From Vicugna vicugna (taxonomy: Eukaryota): 64,000 nucleotides of DNA. How positions within the stretch are numbered: the first letter of the stretch is position 1; every line of letters begins with the position of its first letter. Position numbers and translations under genes: made by a program. The DNA lies in NCBI GenBank assembly GCA_013265495.1, contig MU058645.1, forward strand, positions 1,158,995 to 1,222,994, written 5' to 3'. Below are positions 24,491 through 35,325 of the stretch, one piece after another. The notes beneath the pieces were generated by a model. That model saw only the letters and a program-made list of their open reading frames with translations, was not told the DNA's origin and searched no databases.

Positions 24491-27400
24491 GTTCCAAAAA
24501 AAATATTAAGTGCTTGTTATGCACCAGGATCTGTTCAAAACACCCTTGCCTGCATTATATCTTTTAAGTCATGCAGCACATATTTGAGGTGGACATTCAT
24601 AGCCAGCTTTCAGAAGAGAGATGACCGATGCTTTAAATCAGTAAGTAGTTGGTCCCCTACCGGGCAGAACTGGATCCCTTAAGGGTCAGGCCTCCCACCT
24701 ACCTGCTGGTACCACAGTATCTCTGCCTTTTCTCTCTCGAAGTCCTGCCTCAGGCATTTTAGGTATATATATTATACCATTAATTACCCTACAAATGACA
24801 AGTGCAGCGAGGAACACAAAAATTCTTGGGGTACATCACTTGCCTTTCAGAATCTTAAAACTCTGAAAATTAATCAGTGGATTAGATTTTTAACTACATA
24901 ATTACAGCATCACCTTTATGATGTCCACATGGGTTACAACTTACTCCTAAGGCACATAGGTAAGTTACATAGTAAGTTACAATAAATGTATGGGTGAGCT
25001 TACATTTACAGATCAGCATAACAACTTCTTTTCCACGATGGGAAATTTTGTCATCTCAAATATTGACACTAAAAATGGTTTCACATCTAATATCAGTAAT
25101 TAACCATGGGTGGAAGTATATTTTCTGTTCTCTTAAATTTGTTCTATTAAATTTGGTTCTATTTATTATTCTTGATATTTAAAAATGGAAAATTGTAGTA
25201 TTCCAAACTTTTTTATTTTCTTCATCACCGTGGAGTTCTTATAGGAACTAAAAGGTTTTCTTGGACTTAAGCAGCAGTCTTTGATGGCTTTTTGTCCCAA
25301 ATGCTCTTTTTAAAAATCTTAATCCTTAAATTGTCCTAAAAGGGGGTAGGGTTTTCCTAGTATCTTTGTGAAGTAAATGTTTGTTCATTGTCTTAATAGA
25401 TTTCTTGAGTATCCTTTTAAATTCTGAGATGGTTTATCCAGGTACTATTTAAAAGGTTGAAAAGGACATGTTTTAAGTGCGATTGTCCTAATCAACAAAT
25501 ATCTGATTCCCTGTTATATCTAAATACCTGTCATCAACCCTAATGCGCGTACAGAAGAAGCTGGGAGTTAATGCCACATACATATGAAAAGTTAACTAAT
25601 AAAAGTAGGTACTGAAGACAAAATGCCGTAAGAATGGAAATGAGCACCAGCTTCCAGGCCTGGAAGCCAAAGCTAGAGGAGGAGGTGGGTTTGCTCTCCT
25701 ACTTGAGAGACAGCAACACTGCAGAGGGAGAGGGCAGACAGTAGCTTGAAAAGTGGGAAAGTACAGACTTTGGGGTAAAGGTTTCCAGAAAGCAGGAGGT
25801 GCCAGCTTGTAGTTGGCCTCGAATGTCAAGCTGAAGTGTTCACAGAGAAGAGCCTTGGGAATTTTTTTTTAATCCAAGGAAATGAATCAATAAAATATTA
25901 CCATGGGTTCCTTTCAGTGAGGTATATTTCTATCTCCTAGTGCAGTTAACAGCATTTGTAGAATGAAAGGCACCGCTCCCATCTGATGTTAATTGTGCTG
26001 CTTTTTTTAAATCGCTAACGTGATAGTTGCAGATGGAATACTAACATTTAGCTTAAACCACTGCATGGGGTTAAATGTTGACTAACAGTGTCAGGTTTCT
26101 ACTCATTTGACCCTCAATGAAACTTCAGAGGTAAAAACATTCTCAGCCAGGATGCAGGCCCTTGTAATCCAATCTTCATTCCGTATTTAAACAGAAACTT
26201 GAACTAAAAAACAATTGTCTGTGAATTATGGGAATATAAGAGTGAATTAAAAATGCGTTTTGTTTTAATCAACTTTCAGTACATAAAACTCGTGGTTTTG
26301 TGACTGTAAAACAATTTCCGTAGTGTTCTCCCAGACTGGGTTCATCTGTTGCTTTTTTTCCTTAAGATCCGGTTCCTGCAGGGTAAATCTGTGGTTAGAT
26401 TTTTTAACATATTAAACAGTTACTGTTTGATTCATAATCTCTGAGTTAGTTTTAAATAACCAGTGTGAGTAAACATTTACAAGCAGGGGAAGTGCCTGCT
26501 CACGTCCCAGACAGGAATAAGTAGTAGCATCTGAAAATCCTAGTCTTCAGTGACCAGGACACCAGAAGGTGAGGGAGGAGCCTCAGTGTCTGTCATTGTG
26601 TGAACAGCTTTTGCAATGTGATGTTATGATTCCTGGGGTGTGAGGTAGGTCTTGCTCTGCAAGAAACATACTATTTGAGGCAACAGGCCCAGAGCATCCA
26701 AAGTCCCCTGCATCTGTAACAGGTCAGAAAATGAGTACCTTTTGATTTAATATTGAAGGGGCTTGTATAGCAATGAGATTTTATCAGAATCACTTGAACT
26801 TTATTATTTATTTAGATTCAAGATTAAAAGGAATTATTCGCAGCACTGATATTCAACACCACTTAGGGCATAGTTGGGGCTCTTAGCCGCACTGCCAACA
26901 CTTTCCCCAGAGCCAAGAATCCCCTGACCCAGCAATCAATGGCATGACGCCCGGCACCCTGCTCCCACCCGGCCAGTAGGCTCTCGGGTCATTTGTGCAC
27001 CTGCCATGCCAGTTGTTGAAAACATTTTTAAGATTACCACTATTTGTGTCAGCTTGCTTACATATGTAGACGGTTGTTTATTTCATATTTTCCTGTCCAT
27101 TATACTTGAGTTTACTAGTTTTTACCAACTGCAAACTAAAATGGGTAAATTTTTGTCTAAAATATGTATTTTATTTGAGCACATATCCAAATTTAGAAAG
27201 ATTTATGAAAATCATGTTTACCAAGGTATAGTAAAATACCAAAGCCTTCAGTTTTCCTTTCTGCTTTTCACCAAATAATGTTTTAATCAACCAGTTGCTG
27301 CCAGAGCTGAAAAATGACTAATCATCTTCCTCATGGTGAACTCCTTCTGTTTCACACCAGAGAAGCACCTCTGCTCTGTCTCTCCCTCATCATCCACAGC

Positions 27401-28464
27401 TATTCACGGTCTCTTGCTGAAACATACAAGTAATACTGCTGATGCAAGCACTGACTCTTCCGAAATATTCCGTCTAAGCCCGTCTGTAAGAGGGTGTTAC
27501 AGTTACCTTCTATAGATCTTCAAAGGCCAACACGTTGATTAACTGGCATTAATTACACTGCATTTGTCTTCGTATCCATTGACAGTAAGCATCGTTTTTT
27601 AGGTGGAAATAAAAGGTAACATAGTGAAATGAGTAACACTTTTTGTTCAACACTTCTAAAATGGGTGCCTTATATTTATAGTGTGAGCCTAGAATTAAGC
27701 AGTGGTGGGAAACTGCAGGCTGACACCATGGGAGACAGGATGGGGCTTTCCTCATGCTAGTGTCCTGTCTCTGTCCAGGTAAAGCTATTAGAAGAAAGAG
27801 TGTGAGGAGGGAAGCAAGAACACTAAACTGTTAAAACTGTGAAATGAGGAAAGAGGAAACAGATTTGGGTTCACGGAGTTCAAAGGCAGTCTTGTAAGCC
27901 GTCCCATCAGCTGACGTGCCAGCCGTAACCCAGCTGCCCCATCAGTACTGCTTTCTTTCCGGCAGCCTGGCCCCTGGTGGGCAGAAGCTACAGGCCCTTC
28001 TCTGTGCAAGGTTCCTTGACCTCTAGGGACTGATAGCCAGACTTGACTTTCTCCTCTCCCTCTGCCTACCAGGTTTCAGCATTTCAGTTGGTCCGGTGTC
28101 TGGCGTCGTGAAGGCGCACTTTCACTCAAACAGCCAGGCCCTGCCACTTGTCCAGAGCATGGAGCAGACACCAGATGGGGCGGGAGGGGCTGGCCGCCTC
28201 GCCCACCGCGGGCTGCCAGCACGGAGCCTGGCGGGGAGGAGGCTTTTCACCCCTGGGCTCAGACAACCAGTGTCTGATTATTTCTTTATGCACTGTGAAA
28301 ACATGGAATCACAACGCCTTACCCACTGCCTAACCACCTGCCAAGTCACAGAAATGTGTTTCTCACAGATGATGTAGATGAAATACCATTAAACCCCAAG
28401 CAAGGAAGTAAGTCCTAAAACACTCACTCTGAAGAGTTTGCTGGTCCTTGGAGGAGGCAGCCAA

Positions 28465-28660
28465 GCACAGGGGTCTAGACCGGCAGCCACAGAAGTCCTG
28501 GGTTCAAATCTGGGCCCTGGCACTTACCAAAAACTACTTAAACTGCCTCTGGCTCTCCCCTCACCTGTGAAATGGGATGATGCAACCTAAGGCTGTCGTC
28601 AGGATCGTGTGAAGTAAGTGCCCTGTGAAACCCCTGGTGCGCAGTAAGCGGTCAGTGAAC
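28465..28660 (+). mobile_element. MIR SINE
   Basis: cctgggttcaaatctgggccctggcacttac...ctcacctgtgaaatgggatgatg...cagtaagcggtcagtgaa. Confidence 0.75.
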
Positions 28661-31600
28661 AGCGTCATTCTAAAACCTGAAGACTAAGGCCTGCGGATAG
28701 TTGTTATTTGTCAAAGCACATGTGTCTTGGAATGTGCGTAAATATCTCTATTTATGCTGAAATTGTATCTACGGAGCTCAAAAGTAGTCATCAGTTTCCT
28801 GCCACTTCCTATTGCACAAAACCATTTCCTGTTCCCGGGACAGCTGACACTAGGAAGTAAAAGGATAAATAACCTGATGAAAAGGAGCCTTGATCCCAGG
28901 CTGGCTGTGTTGTCAGCAACAATGGTGGATCCAAAGCTGGCCCAGGGCCTCCATGCTCTCCAGGACCCAGTTTTCAGCGGTCGGGTGGTAGAAACAGCTC
29001 TGTAGCAGGGGGCAAAGTGGAAAAGGAGAGCCTGCCTCCCTTCAATTCCTGTTTTATAAACACCTGAGCTGGCAATTAGCGAAGGGGCCTAGGAAGAGCC
29101 CACCTTCTGTAGGAGCCAAGACTGGGGTGGGCTGGTACGGTCTTCCCAGACCTCCAGGATTCTTGTGATTCCTGCATTGATTCCGCTATTAATTTCTAAC
29201 ACTGGCAGTTGTGGGGCTGACCTAGGGTTTAAGATGTGATGCCTGAGCAACTGTTGGGCTGCTTTATGCCAGTCGGGGCTTTCTCCCACCCCTGGGACGG
29301 GTGACTCCAGCCAGCAAAGTGCAGGGGAGTGAAGGAGTAGTGAGGTCTGCCCCACCTGCCAGCTCAGCGAAGCCATCCTTTCTCTTGTCTCAGCAGACAC
29401 TGGTAAGCAGAGCAATGAGCACCTCCCCTCTTTTTTAAAAAATCAGATACCATGGGAAAAAATAGATCATGTTTTGAGGAACTTAAAATTGCTGAGTGGG
29501 GTGGGAGGAGACAAGTGTCCTACAAGTGGCGCCTGCAAGTCAGTTTCCTTAGAAGCAAGTGGAAGACACGGACAGCTCTGGGTTCCCAGGGCCTTCCCTG
29601 AAGTGAACTTGATCTCTCCAAGTGAACCCCCCACAAGTCTCAGTTTCAGCAAGACTAGATCTGAGACCAGGGTTTCCATTGCCCTGGGATCTGTCACCAC
29701 CGCCTCCAAAAAATTTACCAGTGGAGCCAATACTTTCTCTCAAAGGTTTTCAAGGTATCAAAACGGTTTTCAGAGCCGCATTTCAGAGTGAAGGCCAGGA
29801 CACTCAATTAAATCAAGGTAGCTGAAAGGAGAAAAGAATCTTTCAAATGAACAGTATGATCATTACGATTCTGGCTTCACAGTGAACCACACACCTCTTT
29901 ATAATACTAATGTTGAACAAAATTTACATTTGCATCGTAAGTTTTCTTGTTACCAAGAGGACCAACATCATCAGTGGATACCTGGGGGAAGGAGTGGGTG
30001 ATTCAATCAGAAGTATATTTGGATCCCTGACATTATAAGGACTTGATAAGAATTTTCCTCTGGACACCTAACTGGCTTATTGAAACTTGCGCACAACAGT
30101 TGTGCCCCACATGAGTGGAAGGCTAGAGGCCACAACAAAAACTCAAGTCACCTGTTTTTGTACCAGGTTTTCCCAAGGCAAAATCTTCGCCATGTCATTG
30201 AGCTGCCCTGCAAATGACAGTAATCTGAGCTCAGGGCTTGGCCCTCTCTCTGGTGTTGCCCCTCCCCATCCAGTCTCAAGTTCAATGGCTTACCTCTCTG
30301 CCTCTGACTTCTCCAGTTTTCTCTGTCATCCTGGTCACCTCCTATCAGCCTAAAAGCCTCCCCACACAGAGTCTTGAAGGTAGCATGAGTTACTGTAATC
30401 TCAAAACTGGCTAGTGTGATATGATGGAATTTTTTCATTCATAACATTGTGTGTGCCTCCTAGCACCTTGCTGGGTACCTCCCCTAACTTTGTTCTTAAT
30501 GTCTATCATTGCACTTTCTGGATGGGAAACTTTGCTGGGTTTTCAGCAAAGGTAGCTTTTTCAAAAGTACTTAACATAAGGTCTGTCATTGTCATTTTTC
30601 CTTCATTTGACACTGTATTCAGTAGTCTCAACTTTGTACAGCCTTCACGAAGGATGTCATTCTATAAAGGCAGTAAAGGGGAATTGCATGAGGAAGAAAA
30701 GGGTACAAAGAAACAATTTCCAAAAGGCAGATTTGCTAGGAAGTTAGCTTAACTGGAGTTTTATTTTTCAGGTTCTATACACAAAAATACCCCTCCTTCC
30801 CGGCTAACTCAATCTTTAGCTCATCTGTCTCTCAACCCAGGAGTGCTTATGTGGCCTGAGTCTTCCCAATTACCCTCAAGTTCGTGTTGGTTGGAGGGGT
30901 CTGGAGAGAGCTTTAAGAGTCTGTGCTGTTATTGAAATTGCTGGCAAGATCTGCATTGTGGAGGAAAAGGTCCTGATTTCTGTGTAATGTTAACCATAGG
31001 AAAATATTAGAAAGTGTTTCAGAGGAGAAAAAAGTAAAAAGGTCCTTAGACCTGTCATTTCTTATTGGAGTCTAATTAAATCAGTGATCAATCTCACAAG
31101 ACTGAAAAATGCTGTCATTCACTATCTGTTTTCCCCCTTTAAGAGCCGAAAGGAAGTCCCAGGTCTGGGGAGAAGGTCTTCATGCTGATTAGACCTCACA
31201 GTTTGTCCTGCCGGACCCCCATCTGCCCAGCAACCAGAAGCCTCCATAGCCCCACAGCTCCTGCCAGTAGTTCAGGGGCCAGCACTGCCCCTTTGTGATG
31301 GGAAGCCTCAGGTGATTTCAGCTGTCAAGTGTCTCCCAACCCCTAGTTTTTACAGAGGAGGTTTGCAAAGCTTGTAGTCTTTCCTTCCTAATTTAACTTA
31401 AACTGCACCTGTAATAAAGAGGTACCACCAGGGGTACCCCTGGCTTCCTGCTAACACAGACATGAAATTCTGTCTGATACAGATGCTTCTTGCGTCTGAG
31501 AGTTAAGCTCTGGAAATAGCCAAAGAACTGTCAGCTTCCTCCAAGCCTTGCATCACAAGCCAGCTGTCAGTCTCCAGCCCCTCAGCCCCTCAGTACCCCC

Positions 31601-32319
31601 TGTTTTCCTTCCTTCTCTTCAGCCCCTGGAATTGAGGCCACTCACTTCTCCACCCCAGCTCCTCCCACGGTTCTCCACCAGCTCCATCCTCCCTGGGTCC
31701 ACACGGTGCAGCAGGTGCCCCCAACTTCCCCTCATCCCTGCTGCCTCCAAAACAAAACAAAGTAGACAAAGGACAAAGGTATTTTCATGATAGAAAAGTC
31801 ATTTTTAAAAATTACAAACATTGAGGAAATTACAAAGTTGCTAGAGAATCTCAGAGAAATCCAGCAGGGGTTCAGAGCCTGACCTCATCTACATTTCAGT
31901 GGAGACCTGGGTCAACCATTTCAAATACCTCCTGAACATTGTTTTTACTCTCTCCTGTAGGTGTAGGCCCCTGGCACACCTTCCCTGTTTCTGGAATGCA
32001 CTGCCCTAGCCCCTGGGAGGTCCAGGCCCAGTCTCTGACCCCTTGACAAAGGAGCCCCTTCCTCCTTCCCCTCCAAGGCCTCTGTCTTGAGGCTGCTTAC
32101 GCTGACCTTCAGTTTGTCACATGGCCCCTAATGGAGCACCTCCTGGCTGAGGTCTTGGGGATCCACCCTTACTGCCCCTCCCCACCCAAGACTCCCTGCT
32201 GAAACTTCTTCCCTAATCTCACAGTTGCTTCTCTGCTCCTCCTGGATGTCTCCGTGCCTCTGGCACTGAGCAGGATGTGGGTCTCTTTGTCACTGAATTA
32301 AAGCTGGCCCAGCGAGGTG

Positions 32320-32530
32320 ACACAGTGATGAAAAGCTCCAGCTCTGCTGTGATGTTGGGCAGACACCTTGATCTCAGCACTCCTTAGCCTCCTCGGCTGC
32401 AGAATGGGGCTACTAATACAGCCCAGCTTGTGGTGTTACTGTCAGGAGAGAATGAGGCAATGATTCAAAACCCCGTAGCAGATGCTTGGAATACAGCAGC
32501 TTCTCAAGACGCACTGGCTATGATAATTAT
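32320..32530 (+). mobile_element. MIR SINE
   Basis: gctgtgatgttgggcagacaccttgatctc...tgcagaatggggctactaatac. Confidence 0.6.
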
Positions 32531-33024
32531 TGTTAACAGCCAGTCCCCGCTTTTGGACACCTTACTCTGTTTCACGCATTGAAGTGAGGCACTGTCTCTG
32601 CAACGAAGGCAGTGATTTTCTCTGCGCTCGAGAAATGTGCGTGGTGGCAAGGGACAGACAAGTAGACTAAAAAGGACAAAGCAATGAACTTTTAATGGGA
32701 TTGTACTTGAAGTCCTTCAGGAATGTTGAACAAGGAGGTATTGTTTCTGCTTGAGGACAAAGACGGGGAAGGGTGTGCAGATCTTGGTGGAAAGGCGATG
32801 CCGCAGGAAAGTGATGTGTGCAGGTGGCCATGAACTTGGTTGGTTCAACAGTTGCTCTGATTTCATGAATGGATTCAGGCCCCACAGTAGTCCTGTGGAC
32901 TCAGTAAGAAAGAGCCTTCTGGAGCCACTGATTGAGTGTTTCCTGTGTGGCTGACACAACTTAGACCTTTAAAAACATCCTCTCATTTTGTTTCCCCAAC
33001 AACCCTGTGTCTTAACCTCTTTTG

Positions 33025-33210
33025 CATCAAATCCTGGCTCCAACAGTTTCTAGTTTTACAACCTGGGGCAAGTTAAGTAACCTCTCTGTGCATCTGATTC
33101 TTCATCTTCCAAAGAAGACTCTCGTCCCAGCTCCCAGGTTGAGGAATTGATACAGGCAAAGCCCTGAGAGCAACCCCACGGCACATAGTAAATGAAATAA
33201 CTGCAGTTAT
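33025..33210 (+). mobile_element. MIR SINE
   Basis: tcaaatcctggctcc...acctggggcaagttaagtaacctctctgtgcatctgattcttcatct. Confidence 0.75.
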
Positions 33211-33289
33211 GATGCCACTGCCCGCGCTTCTCGTCTGCAGCCCATCTGCAGGATGGTGGTGACTGAGGAGGCAAAAATCAGTAGCAGCT

Positions 33290-33610
33290 CATCACAGTGA
33301 TTTCCTTTTCTTCCTGGGCACACGGCTGGTCTCCTCTCTCCCTCCCTCTTGAAGTTAGGTGTGGCCATGTGACTGAGTTCTAGTCGATAGACTGTGAGCG
33401 GGGGTGATATTCTGCACCGTCATCTGTCCCGTCGGGGCCTGCTGGAATGGAAGCTTGTTGAAGATGTGAGTCCCAAGAATACTGCCTTGCAAAAGGCCAT
33501 TTTGCAGACCTTTTCACCTGCACACTTTTGTTACCTGAATAAGAAACACTTTTACTGTATTTAAATGAGTATGCATTTGGTTAGCAGCCTAGCTAACCCT
33601 TAGCAATACA
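33290..33610. mobile_element. MLT1-type (MaLR) solo LTR remnant
   Basis: ttcctgggcacacggctgg...gaagttaggtgtggccatgtgactgagttctag. Confidence 0.7.
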
Positions 33611-33645
33611 GCCCATATTCACTGAGCTCAGTGAGGGACCAATTT

Positions 33646-34145
33646 TGTAGTGAATGGTTGGAGCTACAGTTGACTATTCAGTGTCTATTCCCCTCCCTCC
33701 TCCTCTTTTCCATAAAGAACCTCTCTTGTTTTGTGGGAAATCTCTTGTGACTTTGGTGTGGCTTGCTCACCGTGGGCGGTGCACACAGGACTGTGCATTC
33801 TTCCCACGTGGCCACTTGCCCCAAGGAGGCTGGTCTGTTATAGCTGCCCCCCACCACTGAAACTTGAGGGAAACAGACTCTCTCTTTTGGTGGGATTGCT
33901 GGTGTTAGAGGATGAAGATATTTTGAGGAGGTGGTGCCCAGTGTGGTAATTGCCACGTGGATAGATCTCGCCAAGGAAGCCAGCACGGAGGATGTCAGAG
34001 CCGATGTGGAAGAGTACGTCCTGACTGCATCCTTTGAGCTCCTGCATTCGTTCATGTTTGATTCATATTTCTCAGTTACCTTGGTCAGTGAACCTCTTTT
34101 TTGGTGAAGCTAATTAGAGATAATTTTTCTTCCATTAAATAACAA
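33646..34145. mobile_element. Old ERVL/MaLR-class LTR remnant (LTR16/LTR33/MLT1-like)
   Basis: Starts tgtagtg; has ctattcccctccctcc and ends tttctcagttaccttggtcagtgaacctctttttt...aagctaattagag. Family uncertain. Confidence 0.45.
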
Positions 34146-35130
34146 TAACCATGTATCCCCAGTTTACCAGCTTTGCCCCTTCCCCCAGTTCCCCTGGGCC
34201 TCTCTCCCCTCCCCCAACACCTGCCCTGAAAGTCCTCGTGATAATCCTATCTTCACATCATATGAAATATTAAAATTCCTTAAATAATCAGTGACGGTAA
34301 CAAGCCTGACTTCCACTAAGGAAAGAAGAAGATTAGTCACTCACACGTGGTCTCAACTGATAATACTCATTCTTAGGAAGGGAGCCTGTCTCCATGGGCT
34401 ACAAAAACAAGAGCCCATTAAAACAAACCCAATAGGACTGCCCACATTTTTTTTTAATTGCACTGAATGTGTATTAAAAATTTCTTAAAGCAAGTGGTGA
34501 ATTTGGGGGACTGGGATTTTAAATTTCCTTTATAATATGTTGCCTTGTGATGGAGTATGGCTAATAACATTTTGATATGTGTTTCACGTGAAGCAACACA
34601 GTTGCAACCCCAGAGATTTGCAAAATGGGAAATAACGACATAAATTAATTTTTACACTTGGTTATCCTATACTTCCAGCCTGCACTTCAGATTTTTGGTC
34701 AAGTATAGTGTATCCTCCAATATTTGGTGGACTAGTTCTATAAAATATAGAATCTGCTTTTTTAAAATCAGGTTTTAAAAAGTTTTTTCTTTGAATTTTA
34801 TCTTGAAAATTTTACTTTAACCAACTCCTGATACAAATGGAGAATTTTCAGAAGCTGCTAAACTTTTCACTATCATTTTCTTTCTCACTGGTGAAAACCA
34901 GACTGGCCATTTGGCATCCAAGCTTTCCTTCCCCGTATTTCTTTTCCGGCTTTGTGTTCATTGGCTCAATGAAACCACCCTTAAGAGAAAAGACATTTCC
35001 AGCTTTATCTCACTTCATCTTTACCTTCCTTCCCTCTCCCTTGCTCTGCACACCCCAGCCCCTCCAAAATTGAGTGCCAGGTGCCCTAACTCGTTAAAGG
35101 GACTTAGTTCTAAAACACCTTGTTTGTGTT

Positions 35131-35303
35131 GGGGGAAGGGAGAGTCTGGAGTTGTTTAATGTGTACAGAACTTCTGTCTGGGATGATGAAAAAGTTCCAG
35201 AAATAGATAGTGGTGGCGGTTACACAACTCTGTGAATGTGGTTAATGCCACTGGACTGTACACTGAAAAGTGGTTACAGTGGTAAGCTCTACGTATATTT
35301 TGC
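35131..35303 (+). mobile_element. L1MB-like 3' end
   Basis: gtttaatgtgtacagaacttctgtctgggatgatgaaaaagttccagaaatagatagtggtggcggttacacaac...ttaatgccactggactgtacac. Confidence 0.85.
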
Positions 35304-35325
35304 CACACACACACACACACACACA
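35304..35325. repeat. (CA)11 microsatellite at the L1 tail
   Basis: Direct reading. Confidence 0.9.
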
